NCBI GenBank assembly: GCA_038243585.1
Contig: JBBSQY010000016.1
Span: 1-64,000, forward strand
DNA: 64,000 nucleotides
Direction of reading: 5' to 3'
Source: Candidatus Sumerlaeales bacterium
Lineage (GTDB): Bacteria > Sumerlaeota > Sumerlaeia > Sumerlaeales > Sumerlaeaceae
Part shown: positions 40,562-50,093 of the stretch, piece after piece
Layout of the letters: each line of letters opens with the position of its first letter
Numbering within the stretch: the stretch's first letter is position 1
Notes under the pieces: model-generated
Seen by the model: the letters and a program-made list of their open reading frames with translations, nothing else
What the model was told of the DNA's origin: nothing
Databases searched by the model: none
Position numbers and translations under genes: made by a program

Positions 40562-41995
40562 ATGACAATGGAAATCAAAAAAGGCTCAGCCGTTGAGTTG
40601 AGCATAGAAGGGGTCGCCTTCGGCGGCCGGGGTATATCCCGCGATAGCGGAATGGTTATATTTGTGGAAGGGGCGGTGCCGGGCGACCGGGTGCTGGCGC
40701 GGGTTACGCGCCGCAAGCCGCAGTATGCCGAGGCAACCACGCTGGAGGTGCTTGAGGCGTCTCCCCGGCGTGTCGTTGCGCCTTGTCCGGTGTTTGGCGA
40801 TTGCGGCGGATGCAAATGGCAGCACTTTGATTATGCCGGCCAACTGGAGGCGAAGCAGACTCACGTGGCGGACGCGCTTCGGCAGATCGCTAAAACTCAC
40901 CCCTTTGAAATGCGGCCCATTATCGCGTCGCCGGAACATTGGAATTACCGCAACAAAATGGAATTCAGTTTTGGCGAAGACGAGACCGGGCGGATCATCG
41001 CCGGTTTTCACAGGGCGGGAGACTTTAGAAACATCGTGCCGACGGGAGCGGTGTGCCTGATTCAGCCGCCGGGCATGGCGGAAGTCATGGCCTGGATGGA
41101 GGGTCGTCTGAACGCCGAAGCACGGGCGGAGGGGCCGGAATTTCGGATTTATCGCCAGGCGCGGCACGAGGGGTTCCTGCGCCACCTGGTAGTTCGTTAC
41201 AGCCACACCACCGGAGAGTTTCTGATAGCCATCCTGACCGCCAGCGGCAAGTGGCGCGGCGTGGAACAGTTTGGCCGCGATCTGCTGGATAAGTTTCCCA
41301 AATGTCGCGGGTTCCAGTGGGGCACTACGGACTCTCTCAGCGATGTTGCCCGCATGGAAAAGCAAAAAATGCAGCTCGGCGAAAACACTATAGAAGAAAT
41401 GCTGGGAGATTTCCGGTTCCGAATCTCGACATTCTCATTCTTTCAAACCAACACCCCCGGCGCAAAGCTGCTTTACGATGTAACCCGGGATTTCGCGGAA
41501 TTGACCGGTGACGAAACCGTCCTCGACGCCTATTGCGGAACGGGAACCATTGGCATCTATATGTCTCGCCAGGCGAAGCAGGTCGTGGGAATCGAGATGG
41601 TTCGCGAGGCCGTGTGGGATGCGCGGCACAATGCAAAAGTGAACGGGGCAGAAAACTGCACCTTTGTGGCGGGAGAGATGCGCGACGTCCTCCCTGATGT
41701 GCCCGCGATGTTTGGAAAAAACTTTGACCGCGTCATTGTTGATCCTCCCAGGGGTGGTATGGACAAAAAATCCCTGCGCCTGCTGCTGGGGATTCGTGCG
41801 CCCATTCTGGTGTATGTCTCATGCAATCCGGCCACCCTCGCGAGGGATGCGGCGACACTTCTAGAATCTGGCTACGTTCCCGAGGTAGTACAACCGGTTG
41901 ATATGTTTCCCCACACCTACCACGTTGAAAGCGTGATCAAGTTTCGCCTGACCGCGTCCCCTGGCAAAAGACTGCAGGACACTGCTATTGTCTGA
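40562..41995 (+). CDS. rlmD: 23S rRNA (uracil-C5)-methyltransferase RlmD family
   Basis: TRAM domain, CPVFGDCGGC, YRNK, SFFQTN, DPPR, YVSCNPATLARD, DMFPHT. Confidence 0.95.
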   Translation: MTMEIKKGSAVELSIEGVAFGGRGISRDSGMVIFVEGAVPGDRVLARVTRRKPQYAEATTLEVLEASPRRVVAPCPVFGDCGGCKWQHFDYAGQLEAKQTHVADALRQIAKTHPFEMRPIIASPEHWNYRNKMEFSFGEDETGRIIAGFHRAGDFRNIVPTGAVCLIQPPGMAEVMAWMEGRLNAEARAEGPEFRIYRQARHEGFLRHLVVRYSHTTGEFLIAILTASGKWRGVEQFGRDLLDKFPKCRGFQWGTTDSLSDVARMEKQKMQLGENTIEEMLGDFRFRISTFSFFQTNTPGAKLLYDVTRDFAELTGDETVLDAYCGTGTIGIYMSRQAKQVVGIEMVREAVWDARHNAKVNGAENCTFVAGEMRDVLPDVPAMFGKNFDRVIVDPPRGGMDKKSLRLLLGIRAPILVYVSCNPATLARDAATLLESGYVPEVVQPVDMFPHTYHVESVIKFRLTASPGKRLQDTAIV

Positions 41996-42824
41996 TTTAC
42001 CCCCCCCAGGGTTGCCTGCGCACCTGGATAAAACTCCCATACGCATGATAGTAGCGGACATCGACGGCTGCCTGTCTGCCGGTAGCGGCGCTTACTTCGA
42101 CCAGGAACTTATCCGGAAAATAAGTTGGGCAAACGACACCAGCCGCACAGATATTACGGTTCCCTGCGTTACGCTCTGCACGGGACGTCCTCAGCCCTAT
42201 GTGGAGTGTCTGCTGCAGACCCTCCACGGCTATCAGCCGGCCCTGTGTGAAAGTGGTACCGTCTTTTTTGATCCGCGAACTCACAGCATTCTGACCCATC
42301 CGGAATTCGGTTCAGCCGAAAAAACTGCGCTTAATGAACTGCGGCATCAGGTCAACCTCCGGTTGGGAAAGCCAAACGTGAAACCGGAACCGGGCAAGGT
42401 CACGCATATCACTTTGATCATTCAACAGCCGGATACGCCCGAGGCCCAATTTGATGAAGCGCTGGAAATCGCCGAACAGTTTGGTGACATGTTTTACCTG
42501 GAAATGTCGCGTATGTGCATCCATTTTCTTTTTCGACGCCTGCATAAAGGGGTTGGCCTTCACTGGCTTTCGAAAGAATCAGGCATACCGGTACAAGAGA
42601 TGGCGGGCATTGGCGACGCAGCTCCGGATTTACCGTTTCTGAAGCAGGTGGGGTTTGCTTATGCACCTGCTAATGCGCACCGTGATGTAAAGGCGGCTTG
42701 CCATCGGGTAAGCGGACAAGCCGATGCCGGGGCAGCTATGGAATTACTGGATATAACTGTCGCCCATAACCGGCGACTGCAGGAGGAAGGTTTGCTGAAA
42801 CAGCAGGAGGTAGTGGCCGGATGA
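41988..42824 (+). CDS. HAD-IIB-like phosphatase
   Basis: DIDGCL, CTGR, KGVGL, GIGD..PD, APANA. Confidence 0.85.
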   Translation: MSDLPPPGLPAHLDKTPIRMIVADIDGCLSAGSGAYFDQELIRKISWANDTSRTDITVPCVTLCTGRPQPYVECLLQTLHGYQPALCESGTVFFDPRTHSILTHPEFGSAEKTALNELRHQVNLRLGKPNVKPEPGKVTHITLIIQQPDTPEAQFDEALEIAEQFGDMFYLEMSRMCIHFLFRRLHKGVGLHWLSKESGIPVQEMAGIGDAAPDLPFLKQVGFAYAPANAHRDVKAACHRVSGQADAGAAMELLDITVAHNRRLQEEGLLKQQEVVAG

Positions 42825-43690
42825 GCATTTCTAGGTGTATTACGGGGAAGACGCGCGTGCTGGCGTTACTCGGGCATCCGGTGGAACACTCGCTGAGCCC
42901 TGCCATGCATAATGTGGAATTTGAGCGCCTTTGCCTGGATTATGTGTATGTGCCGGCGCCGGTGGCTCCGGAAAATCTGGAACTGTCCATTAAAGGGCTC
43001 GTGGCCGCGGGCGTGGTGGGAATGAACGTGACGATCCCCCACAAGCAGGCGGTCATGCCATTTCTGGATGAAATCAGCGAAGACGCAGCGCAGGTGGGCG
43101 CGGTTAACACCATCAAGCTGGAAGCAGATGGAAGCCTTAAAGGCTACAACACCGACATTGACGGATGGGTGCGCGACATCCAGGAGGATATCCTTCTGGA
43201 GAGAAACGCGGTTTGTATAGTCGGCGCGGGGGGCGCGGCGAGGGCCGTGGCGGCGGGCGCTTTGAAGTCCGGGGTAACCCGGTTGTTTTTGTGTGGCCGG
43301 AACACGGAAACCATTCCTGCCCTGGCGGAGTACCTGAAAGAGAAAATGCCAGCGGCTGACATAACATGGAGGGCGCTGAGCGATCCTGACTGCCGCGCTG
43401 ATCTTGCCTCGTGTAACATTGTTGTGAACACCACCCCGGTTGGTATGGAATCGACGCCGGGAATGCCGGTGCCGTTGGAGTGGCTTGATCAGAATCAATA
43501 TTATTACGATACCATTTATACCCCGGCCGAAACGGAACTGATGAAAGCCGCCCGGCAGAAAGGCTGTGCCGTAAAAGGCGGCCTGGGAATGCTGGCCTAT
43601 CAGGGCGCGGTCGCTTTTGAGATATGGACCGGCGAAGCTCCGGACGTGGAACGCATGAAATCAACTCTGCGCCGGATACTTTCCCAATAG
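42821..43690 (+). CDS. aroE: Shikimate dehydrogenase
   Basis: HSLSPAMHN, NVTIPHK, GAVNT, NTD, GAGGAARA, GLGMLAYQG. Confidence 0.96.
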   Translation: MSISRCITGKTRVLALLGHPVEHSLSPAMHNVEFERLCLDYVYVPAPVAPENLELSIKGLVAAGVVGMNVTIPHKQAVMPFLDEISEDAAQVGAVNTIKLEADGSLKGYNTDIDGWVRDIQEDILLERNAVCIVGAGGAARAVAAGALKSGVTRLFLCGRNTETIPALAEYLKEKMPAADITWRALSDPDCRADLASCNIVVNTTPVGMESTPGMPVPLEWLDQNQYYYDTIYTPAETELMKAARQKGCAVKGGLGMLAYQGAVAFEIWTGEAPDVERMKSTLRRILSQ

Positions 43691-44679
43691 TTTTTATTGG
43701 AGACATAGGCGTGGCCGTTGGACAGCTTTGTCTGACCAATGACGAACTGGCGGAACGGTTTGATACGACTCCTGAGGTGATTTTGCGGAAGATCGGGATC
43801 GAATCGCGTCCGCTGGCCGCCGCCGGCGTGGCGCCGAAAGACCTGGCGCTCCAGGCGGTGGAACCGTTGATGGCCGATCCGGCGTTTGACCCGGCAGATC
43901 TATCCATGATTATCGTGGCCAGCAGCAGCATCTCTCAAACCTGTCCGTCAATGGCGTGTGAGGTGCTGGCAGAAATTCAAAAACGTCATACCGGTGCGCC
44001 TGACATAATGGCGTTTGATATCATGGCGACCTGTACCGGATGGCTGTACGGGATTACGATGGCGTTTGATCACCTGAACCACACGCCGTTTAGAAATAAA
44101 GCGGTGCTCCTGGTGACGTCAGAGGTTTTTTCGCAGGGAATCGCGAAAGATGATTTTGCGGCCCAGGCCAGCTTTGGCGACGCCGCCACGGCGACGATGC
44201 TGTGGGGCCCGGAAGCACAGGGTGAAAAGGCAAAGGGAACGGGCAGGCTTCAGATGCGACGTCCATTTTGCTTTGCCAGCGCCGACGCGCAAGGGGCATT
44301 GTGGGGTCCGCCGCTGAACATGGAAGCAAAGCTTAAGATGGACGGCTATGCGCTCAGGCAGGCCAGTATGCCTGCCATGGTAAAGGGGCTGCGAGCCGCG
44401 CTGGACGGTGCCGGTATTGCGGCGGGGGATCTGGCTTCCATTATCGCCCACCAGTCGAACCAGCGGGTGCTGGCCGACCTTGCCGCTGAACTGGGCGTGC
44501 CCTCTGCTGTCATGGCGTCGAACCTTCGTTTTCGCGGCAATACAAGTTCCAGCGCGCTACCGCTGCTGCTGCATGACCTTCGCGCTGGTGCGGGAATTCC
44601 TGCGGCGGGGTTGGATATCGGGTTTACCGCATTCGGCGGCGGCTTCACGTATGGCGGCGCGGTGGCGCGGGTGCTGTAG
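43624..44679 (+). CDS. FabH-like (KAS III) condensing enzyme
   Basis: TNDEL..GIESR; Cys-His-Asn triad (ATCTG, HQSN, GNTSSS); FGDAA, FGGG; start uncertain. Confidence 0.85.
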   Translation: MDRRSSGRGTHEINSAPDTFPIVFIGDIGVAVGQLCLTNDELAERFDTTPEVILRKIGIESRPLAAAGVAPKDLALQAVEPLMADPAFDPADLSMIIVASSSISQTCPSMACEVLAEIQKRHTGAPDIMAFDIMATCTGWLYGITMAFDHLNHTPFRNKAVLLVTSEVFSQGIAKDDFAAQASFGDAATATMLWGPEAQGEKAKGTGRLQMRRPFCFASADAQGALWGPPLNMEAKLKMDGYALRQASMPAMVKGLRAALDGAGIAAGDLASIIAHQSNQRVLADLAAELGVPSAVMASNLRFRGNTSSSALPLLLHDLRAGAGIPAAGLDIGFTAFGGGFTYGGAVARVL

Positions 44680-44680
44680 T

Positions 44681-45586
44681 TTGCACGATGAACAAACGCG
44701 CAGAACAGGAGCCGTTGGCCGCTATGCTCCCAGCCCTACAGGGCGGCTGCACCTTGGGAACCTCAGCACCGCAATCGAGGCTCATGATGACATTCGCAGC
44801 CGCGGCGGGGTCTTCGTTCTTCGTATGGAAGATACGGATTTTCCCAGGAACGCGCCGGGGGCCGAGCAGGGGATAATTGATGACCTGCGCTGGATTGGCC
44901 TGACATGGGATGAGGGGCCTGATTGCGGCGGGCCGGCGGGTGCGTATCGGCAATCTGAGCGGACGGAGTTATATGAATTCACACTCCGGCATCTTGCGGC
45001 GGAGGGGTTAATCTACCCTTGCAGATGCAGTAGAAAAGACATTCAATCGAGCGCCAGCGCGCCCCACGGCCCTGATGGGCTGATTTATCCAGGCACGTGC
45101 CGGCAAGAAATGTCATCCGCCGACATTGACAATGTCCTGACTAACCTTTTCGCAGCGCCTGCAGGGCATCGGGAAGTATGTATTCGATTCCGATCGGACC
45201 GGGCGGGACTTGTAGAATATCATGATGAGATCTACGGCGACCAACAATGCCGGCTTTCTGAGGAGTTCGGCGATTTTGTGGTGCTCCGTAGAGACGGGCT
45301 TTGGGCGTATCAGTTTGTTTGTGCAGTAGACGACGCTTTGATGGGTGTGACACGGGTGGTTCGGGGGAGCGATCTTTTGTCGTCCACGGCGCGCCAGGTC
45401 GCCCTGATCAACGCGTTGGGTTATCAGGCACCGGTATATCGTCACGTGCCGCTGCTGTTGGACGACGCTGGTGCGCGGATGAGCAAAAGGGACGGCTCTC
45501 AAAGCCTGGCCTCCCTGAGGGAGCGTGGCTGTGGTCCCGTAGAGGCGCGAGAGATAATCCGGCACGCAAAGAAAATTTTGAAGTAG
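44681..45586 (+). CDS. gluQ: tRNA glutamyl-Q(34) synthetase
   Basis: RYAPSPTGRLHLGN, RMEDTD, YPCRCSRK, VRGSDL, RMSKR; lacks the anticodon-binding domain; TTG start. Confidence 0.92.
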   Translation: MHDEQTRRTGAVGRYAPSPTGRLHLGNLSTAIEAHDDIRSRGGVFVLRMEDTDFPRNAPGAEQGIIDDLRWIGLTWDEGPDCGGPAGAYRQSERTELYEFTLRHLAAEGLIYPCRCSRKDIQSSASAPHGPDGLIYPGTCRQEMSSADIDNVLTNLFAAPAGHREVCIRFRSDRAGLVEYHDEIYGDQQCRLSEEFGDFVVLRRDGLWAYQFVCAVDDALMGVTRVVRGSDLLSSTARQVALINALGYQAPVYRHVPLLLDDAGARMSKRDGSQSLASLRERGCGPVEAREIIRHAKKILK

Positions 45587-45604
45587 CATAGGCGTCCCGC
45601 CTGT
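45579..45604 (+). repeat. Solo REP-like element, same family as 3398-3501
   Basis: TGAAGTAGCATAGGCGTCCCGCCTGT is identical to the reverse complement of the array core; contains the gluQ stop. Confidence 0.85.
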
Positions 45605-45680
45605 CTAAACTTAATACCAAGCGATTTTTTTTCACGACTGCATTGCCCGTTCGGAACCTTGGGAACTTCTTTCATGTCAG

Positions 45681-45715
45681 ATATCCACAACCCCTGTGGA
45701 TAACCTTGTGGATAG
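45681..45715. promoter_or_regulatory. Cluster of three DnaA boxes
   Basis: ATATCCACA (45681-89, 1 mismatch), TGTGGATAA (45695-703, perfect), TGTGGATAG (45707-15, 1 mismatch). Confidence 0.65.
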
Positions 45716-45901
45716 ATCGTGTAAAAAAATGTTCGCCCTGCTCTTTTTACTTGATTTGCGGCGCATAATCTAAAGAGATACATGATATTAGAACAATGTA
45801 GCTAGTTTTGTAGGTCAAATCGTAGAAGCCTGGCTTCTTCCAGGCAAGTCACATTACCCGTTCCAGTTGAAGCAGAACCTCGCTAAAGGATACCCACCGA
45901 A

Positions 45902-46306
45902 ATGAGCGCAGCCGAGCAAATACAGTTTCCCGAGAAACTCTTTTACCGCATTAACGAAGTCGCCACGATTACCCAGGTTAAGCCGTATGTGCTGCGGTAC
46001 TGGGAGACGGAATTTCCGATGCTTTCTCCAGAAAAAGATGAGAACGATCAGCGCCGCTATCGCAAGAGCGACATCGACCTGATACAGGGCATCAAGCACC
46101 TTCTCTATACGGAAAAGTTTACTATTGCGGGAGCGCGCAAGCAGCTGCGCCAGGGCAAAGCAGATCAGCGTCAGGCGTCGGTGGAGCCAGTTCAGATTTC
46201 CAACTCCGGCGGCGGCGATGTCAGCCCTGCACGGGCTCGGCATTTTGCCCAGTCTCTCGGTCAATTGCGCCAGGACGTGGACGAGCTTTACCGCCTGCTG
46301 GCCTGA
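45902..46306 (+). CDS. MerR family HTH regulator
   Basis: KLFYRINEVA..VKPYVLRYWETEFP..RRY..FTIAGAR. Confidence 0.9.
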   Translation: MSAAEQIQFPEKLFYRINEVATITQVKPYVLRYWETEFPMLSPEKDENDQRRYRKSDIDLIQGIKHLLYTEKFTIAGARKQLRQGKADQRQASVEPVQISNSGGGDVSPARARHFAQSLGQLRQDVDELYRLLA

Positions 46307-46309
46307 TTC

Positions 46310-46732
46310 ATGACAAGCACTAATTCCGGAGATAAGGCGTTATCGGACGAATCATTTAAGCGCCTGCGCGCTGTCCGCCGTGCCCTGTTGAATCTGCATA
46401 AGGCCATTCTCGAAGTGGAGCGGGTCAGCTATGAGCGCATTCATGGGCGGGTGACATCGTCGCACGCGTTGCTCCAGCTGGTAATGCGCCATCCGTGGTT
46501 CGGTTGGTTTCGCCCTGTGTCCGAGCTCGTGGTGCAAATCGACGAGATGATCGACAGCGAAGAGCCAATTACCGCGGACGATATGGAGGGCCTTTTGAGA
46601 GAGCTGCGCTCTCTGCTGAACCCGTCAGTGGAAGGGGAGGAATTCGGAATTAAATATCACGACATTCTGCAGCAGGACCCTGGTGTCATCCTGGCCCACG
46701 CAGAGATGGCTCGCCTGCTTCAAGATAAATAG
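46310..46732 (+). CDS. Hypothetical alpha-helical protein
   Basis: 140-aa ORF 3 bp after the MerR gene; protein-like composition. Confidence 0.75.
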   Translation: MTSTNSGDKALSDESFKRLRAVRRALLNLHKAILEVERVSYERIHGRVTSSHALLQLVMRHPWFGWFRPVSELVVQIDEMIDSEEPITADDMEGLLRELRSLLNPSVEGEEFGIKYHDILQQDPGVILAHAEMARLLQDK

Positions 46733-46751
46733 TACGCACGTCTCCGGCCAC

Positions 46752-49745
46752 TTACGCTTTAAGCCATTTATTTTCTATCTCATTTGCGGGCAATGGTCTG
46801 GAATACCAGTATCCCTGGGCGAATTCACACCCTAAAGACTGGAGTGCACACGCCTGTTCCGGCGTCTCGACCCCCTCTGCCACCACATCCAGGCCCAGGC
46901 CCCGGGCCAGGTTGAGAATGCCTCTCACCAGTTCATGGGTTTTCTCTTCGGTGCAGATATCCTGTATAAAGCTTCTGTCAATCTTAACCGCGTCGATGGG
47001 AAACTGATGTAGATGGCTTAAGGAAGAGAACCCGGTTCCGAAATCATCCAGATGAATTTGAAAGCCATATTTCCTTAGCTTTTGAAGCATTTTATGAGCA
47101 ATGGCCGGGCTTTTAAGCAGTGCCGTTTCCGTCAGTTCCAAGTTAAGGTTAGCCGGATCAACCCCTGCCTTTTCAGCCATGGCAAGCAGCCGGTCGGGTA
47201 AATCCTCAAAAGTTAACTGGCGCGCCGAAACATTAATGCTCATACATAAAGCTGTGTCGCCGCCAGAGGTTATATTGATCTTCTGCCAGTTACTCAAACA
47301 AAGGCACGCCGTGAGCGCGACCCATTCCCCGATGGCTACAATTTGTCCAGTTTCTTCCGCGAGGGGGATAAACTCAGCAGGAGAAACAAGTCCCCGTTCC
47401 GGGTGGCGCCATCGAATCAGCGCTTCGAAACCCTTAAGCTCTCCAGATCGCATGGCGATGATTGGCTGGTAATGGACTTCCAACTCATCCCGCTCCAGCG
47501 CCCGGCGAAGATCAAACTCAGTCTCCAGACGGGCTAGCGCGGCGGCATGCATGGCCGTATCAAAAATTGCGTACTGGTTCCTACCAGCAGCTTTCGCACG
47601 ATACATGGCTGTGTCAGCGTCCCGCAGCACCTCCACAGGGGAAGCATAGGCCGGGGCGCCCAGCATGATACCTATGCTGGCGCCTGTCGTAATGTCGCGG
47701 CCACCGGTGCTGAATGGCACTGCAAGCACTTCCAGAATGCGGTCAGCTACAGACACAGCAGCCGAATCACTGCTGATTTCTTCCAGCAACACGGCAAACT
47801 CGTCGCCGCCCAGGCGGGCAACCGTATCATGATGTTTGACACACTTATGCAGCCGGCGGCCCACTTCGATCAGGAGATCATCGCCAACCTGGTGACCAAG
47901 TCCATCGTTTACATGCTTAAAGTCATCCAGGTCTATAAACAATACAGCATACTTGTATCCTTCTGACCTGTGCGATCTTTCAATAGCCCGTTCCAGGCGT
48001 TCAATCAAAAGTGCCCTGTTTGGAAGGTTGGTCAGAGTATCGTGCATTGCATCATGGGCGAGTCGATCTTCGTAGCTCTTACGGTCTGTCACATCCGAAA
48101 TGGATCCAACCAGGCGAAGGGGCATGTTCGCATCATCACATAAGACGATCGCCTTGCATAGAACCCATCGAAACGAGCCATCCCGATGCGCCATGCGAAA
48201 CTCACTCTCGAACTTCTGGTGACCAGAGCTGCACCTGCGCCAGATTTCTATATGCACTTGTTCCGTGTCATCCGGATGCAACCGTTTTAACCATTCTTCC
48301 GGGTCATTTGACAGTTCGCTCGGGGCATATCCGATGATTTCCTTCCAACGCGGTGAAAGATATATGCGACTGTCCTGGAGTTTCCAGTCAAACAGCCCGT
48401 CATTGGCCCCTTCAGCAGCAAGGGAATAACGCTCCTCACTTTCAGCCAGGGCAAACTCAACCCGCTTTGCTTCTGTAATGTCGCTGTGAACCACGACTGC
48501 GCCGTTTCCACCCCGATATCGCGGAGCCGGAGTCACAACCATACGCCACCAGGTCGGTACGGTTTCAGGTAATACGCAGTAATATTCCTGCTCGAAACGG
48601 GCAAGGCTGCCGGCAATCACCGCCTCCAGAGCTACTGCCACTTTGTCCGCTTCCCCCCCAGCTTTTCTTGCAATATCCATGTAGTTAAGACCCACGCCCG
48701 CAGCCGAGGCGGTAAAGTCGTGGGCCTCTGCAAAATTGCTCCACGCGCGATTGACTTCAATAATTGATCCGTCCGAGTCTAGGAGGGCAATATGTGCGGC
48801 CATTCCCTCAAGGATGGCATCCTTATGAAATCTAGCTTCACGCTCATCAGTAACATCACGCATGTAAACGGCCATGCCCTGGGGCGTAGGATACGCCTGT
48901 ACCTCCCACCAACGATCCAATGGCTTATAATAATCTTCAAAAATCACCGGAATGCCGGTTGCGGCGGCCTTGATAAACAACTGCTTGTAATCATACCGCG
49001 GCCCATTGGGGAACAGGTCGAATACGATATTACTAAGAAGCTCTTCCCTGCTACATTGCAGCAATACCAGTGCAGCCGGATTTGCGTATGTAAATCTCCA
49101 TTGGTGATCCAGTAAATGGAAACTTACGGGCAAGGCCTCAAATGTCTGATGGAGCTGATCCCTGAGTCTTTCCACCTCTGCTGTCGCGGCCCGGCTTGCT
49201 GTAATATCGCGGGTAATTCCATCAATACGAATGATCTCCCCAGAATCATTTAGAACAGTCCACGCCCGGGTAAGCACCCAGCGAATGCTGCCGGAAGGTT
49301 GTATAATCCTGTATTCATCCTCAAGGTATCCGGCATTTAACAGTGCAGCATGCCTGGCGAGAACGCCTTCCCGATCGTCCGGGTGAATTGTTTCATACCA
49401 AAGGTTTGAGTTTGCCTGAAAGTCTTCAGGCGTTCTATCATAAATCTGTTTAACTGCGGGACTTACATATAGTATTTCGTTGCTGCGCGCAGTAGTGGAC
49501 CACACCGCGTCCTGTATTGAAGCAAGCAACACGCGCATGCGTTCTTCGCTTAGCAGAAGGGCTTGTTGAGCGTGGCGAAGTAAAATAGGGACCTGACTGC
49601 CTTGAATGATAACAGCGTCAAGTTCCCCACCAGTTTCCAAGGTGATCTGTGCTTCCACTTCAGATAATAGAGCGACCAGGCGGGCAATTCGAACCGATTG
49701 ATCTTGCTCGTCGCCTAGCTCTGCCTGCAGGTTAAGCAACGTCAA
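46752..49745 (-). CDS. Multi-PAS GGDEF-EAL diguanylate cyclase/phosphodiesterase
   Basis: About four PAS/PAC repeats (IHPDD, LHPDD); DTLTNLPNR, DLDDFK, RLGGDEF; EALIRW, DDFGTG, KIDRSF, EGVE. Confidence 0.95.
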   Translation of the reverse strand: MTLLNLQAELGDEQDQSVRIARLVALLSEVEAQITLETGGELDAVIIQGSQVPILLRHAQQALLLSEERMRVLLASIQDAVWSTTARSNEILYVSPAVKQIYDRTPEDFQANSNLWYETIHPDDREGVLARHAALLNAGYLEDEYRIIQPSGSIRWVLTRAWTVLNDSGEIIRIDGITRDITASRAATAEVERLRDQLHQTFEALPVSFHLLDHQWRFTYANPAALVLLQCSREELLSNIVFDLFPNGPRYDYKQLFIKAAATGIPVIFEDYYKPLDRWWEVQAYPTPQGMAVYMRDVTDEREARFHKDAILEGMAAHIALLDSDGSIIEVNRAWSNFAEAHDFTASAAGVGLNYMDIARKAGGEADKVAVALEAVIAGSLARFEQEYYCVLPETVPTWWRMVVTPAPRYRGGNGAVVVHSDITEAKRVEFALAESEERYSLAAEGANDGLFDWKLQDSRIYLSPRWKEIIGYAPSELSNDPEEWLKRLHPDDTEQVHIEIWRRCSSGHQKFESEFRMAHRDGSFRWVLCKAIVLCDDANMPLRLVGSISDVTDRKSYEDRLAHDAMHDTLTNLPNRALLIERLERAIERSHRSEGYKYAVLFIDLDDFKHVNDGLGHQVGDDLLIEVGRRLHKCVKHHDTVARLGGDEFAVLLEEISSDSAAVSVADRILEVLAVPFSTGGRDITTGASIGIMLGAPAYASPVEVLRDADTAMYRAKAAGRNQYAIFDTAMHAAALARLETEFDLRRALERDELEVHYQPIIAMRSGELKGFEALIRWRHPERGLVSPAEFIPLAEETGQIVAIGEWVALTACLCLSNWQKINITSGGDTALCMSINVSARQLTFEDLPDRLLAMAEKAGVDPANLNLELTETALLKSPAIAHKMLQKLRKYGFQIHLDDFGTGFSSLSHLHQFPIDAVKIDRSFIQDICTEEKTHELVRGILNLARGLGLDVVAEGVETPEQACALQSLGCEFAQGYWYSRPLPANEIENKWLKA

Positions 49746-50091
49746 ATCCCGCGTTCAGGCCCAATGCTCGTTCGACTTTATCTCGATCAGACAAGTTACC
49801 CAAAACCCGTACTTCTGGCAACGGACTTATACGAAGCAGCGTGGGAGTAACTATAATACCAGACTGCATGAGGCGGAGCGGATTCGCCGCCACATCGATG
49901 ATGTCTATCTTAACTATGACATCATTGTAATTTTCGTGTTTGCAAATCTGCTCCAGATTCGCAAGCGCCCTGTCGGAATTAGGCGCGCCATTTATAACAT
50001 AAAGCTCCAGATGAACTTCCTGTTTATTGGGAAGAGGTAACCCTTCACACGAAGGCGCGCCAGTGGGGCCCGCTGGCAAGTTTATGTTCAC
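49732..50091 (-). CDS. kaiB: KaiB-like protein
   Basis: LELYV..NSDRALANL..C, IDIIDV..NP, IIVTPTLLR..PLP..RVLGNLSD. Confidence 0.88.
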   Translation of the reverse strand: MNINLPAGPTGAPSCEGLPLPNKQEVHLELYVINGAPNSDRALANLEQICKHENYNDVIVKIDIIDVAANPLRLMQSGIIVTPTLLRISPLPEVRVLGNLSDRDKVERALGLNAGFDVA

Positions 50092-50093
50092 GG

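Noticed and set aside
46735..46750. CGTCTCC as a possible att duplicate of the tRNA-Ala 3' end
   Set aside because: Only 7 bp and in the wrong orientation.
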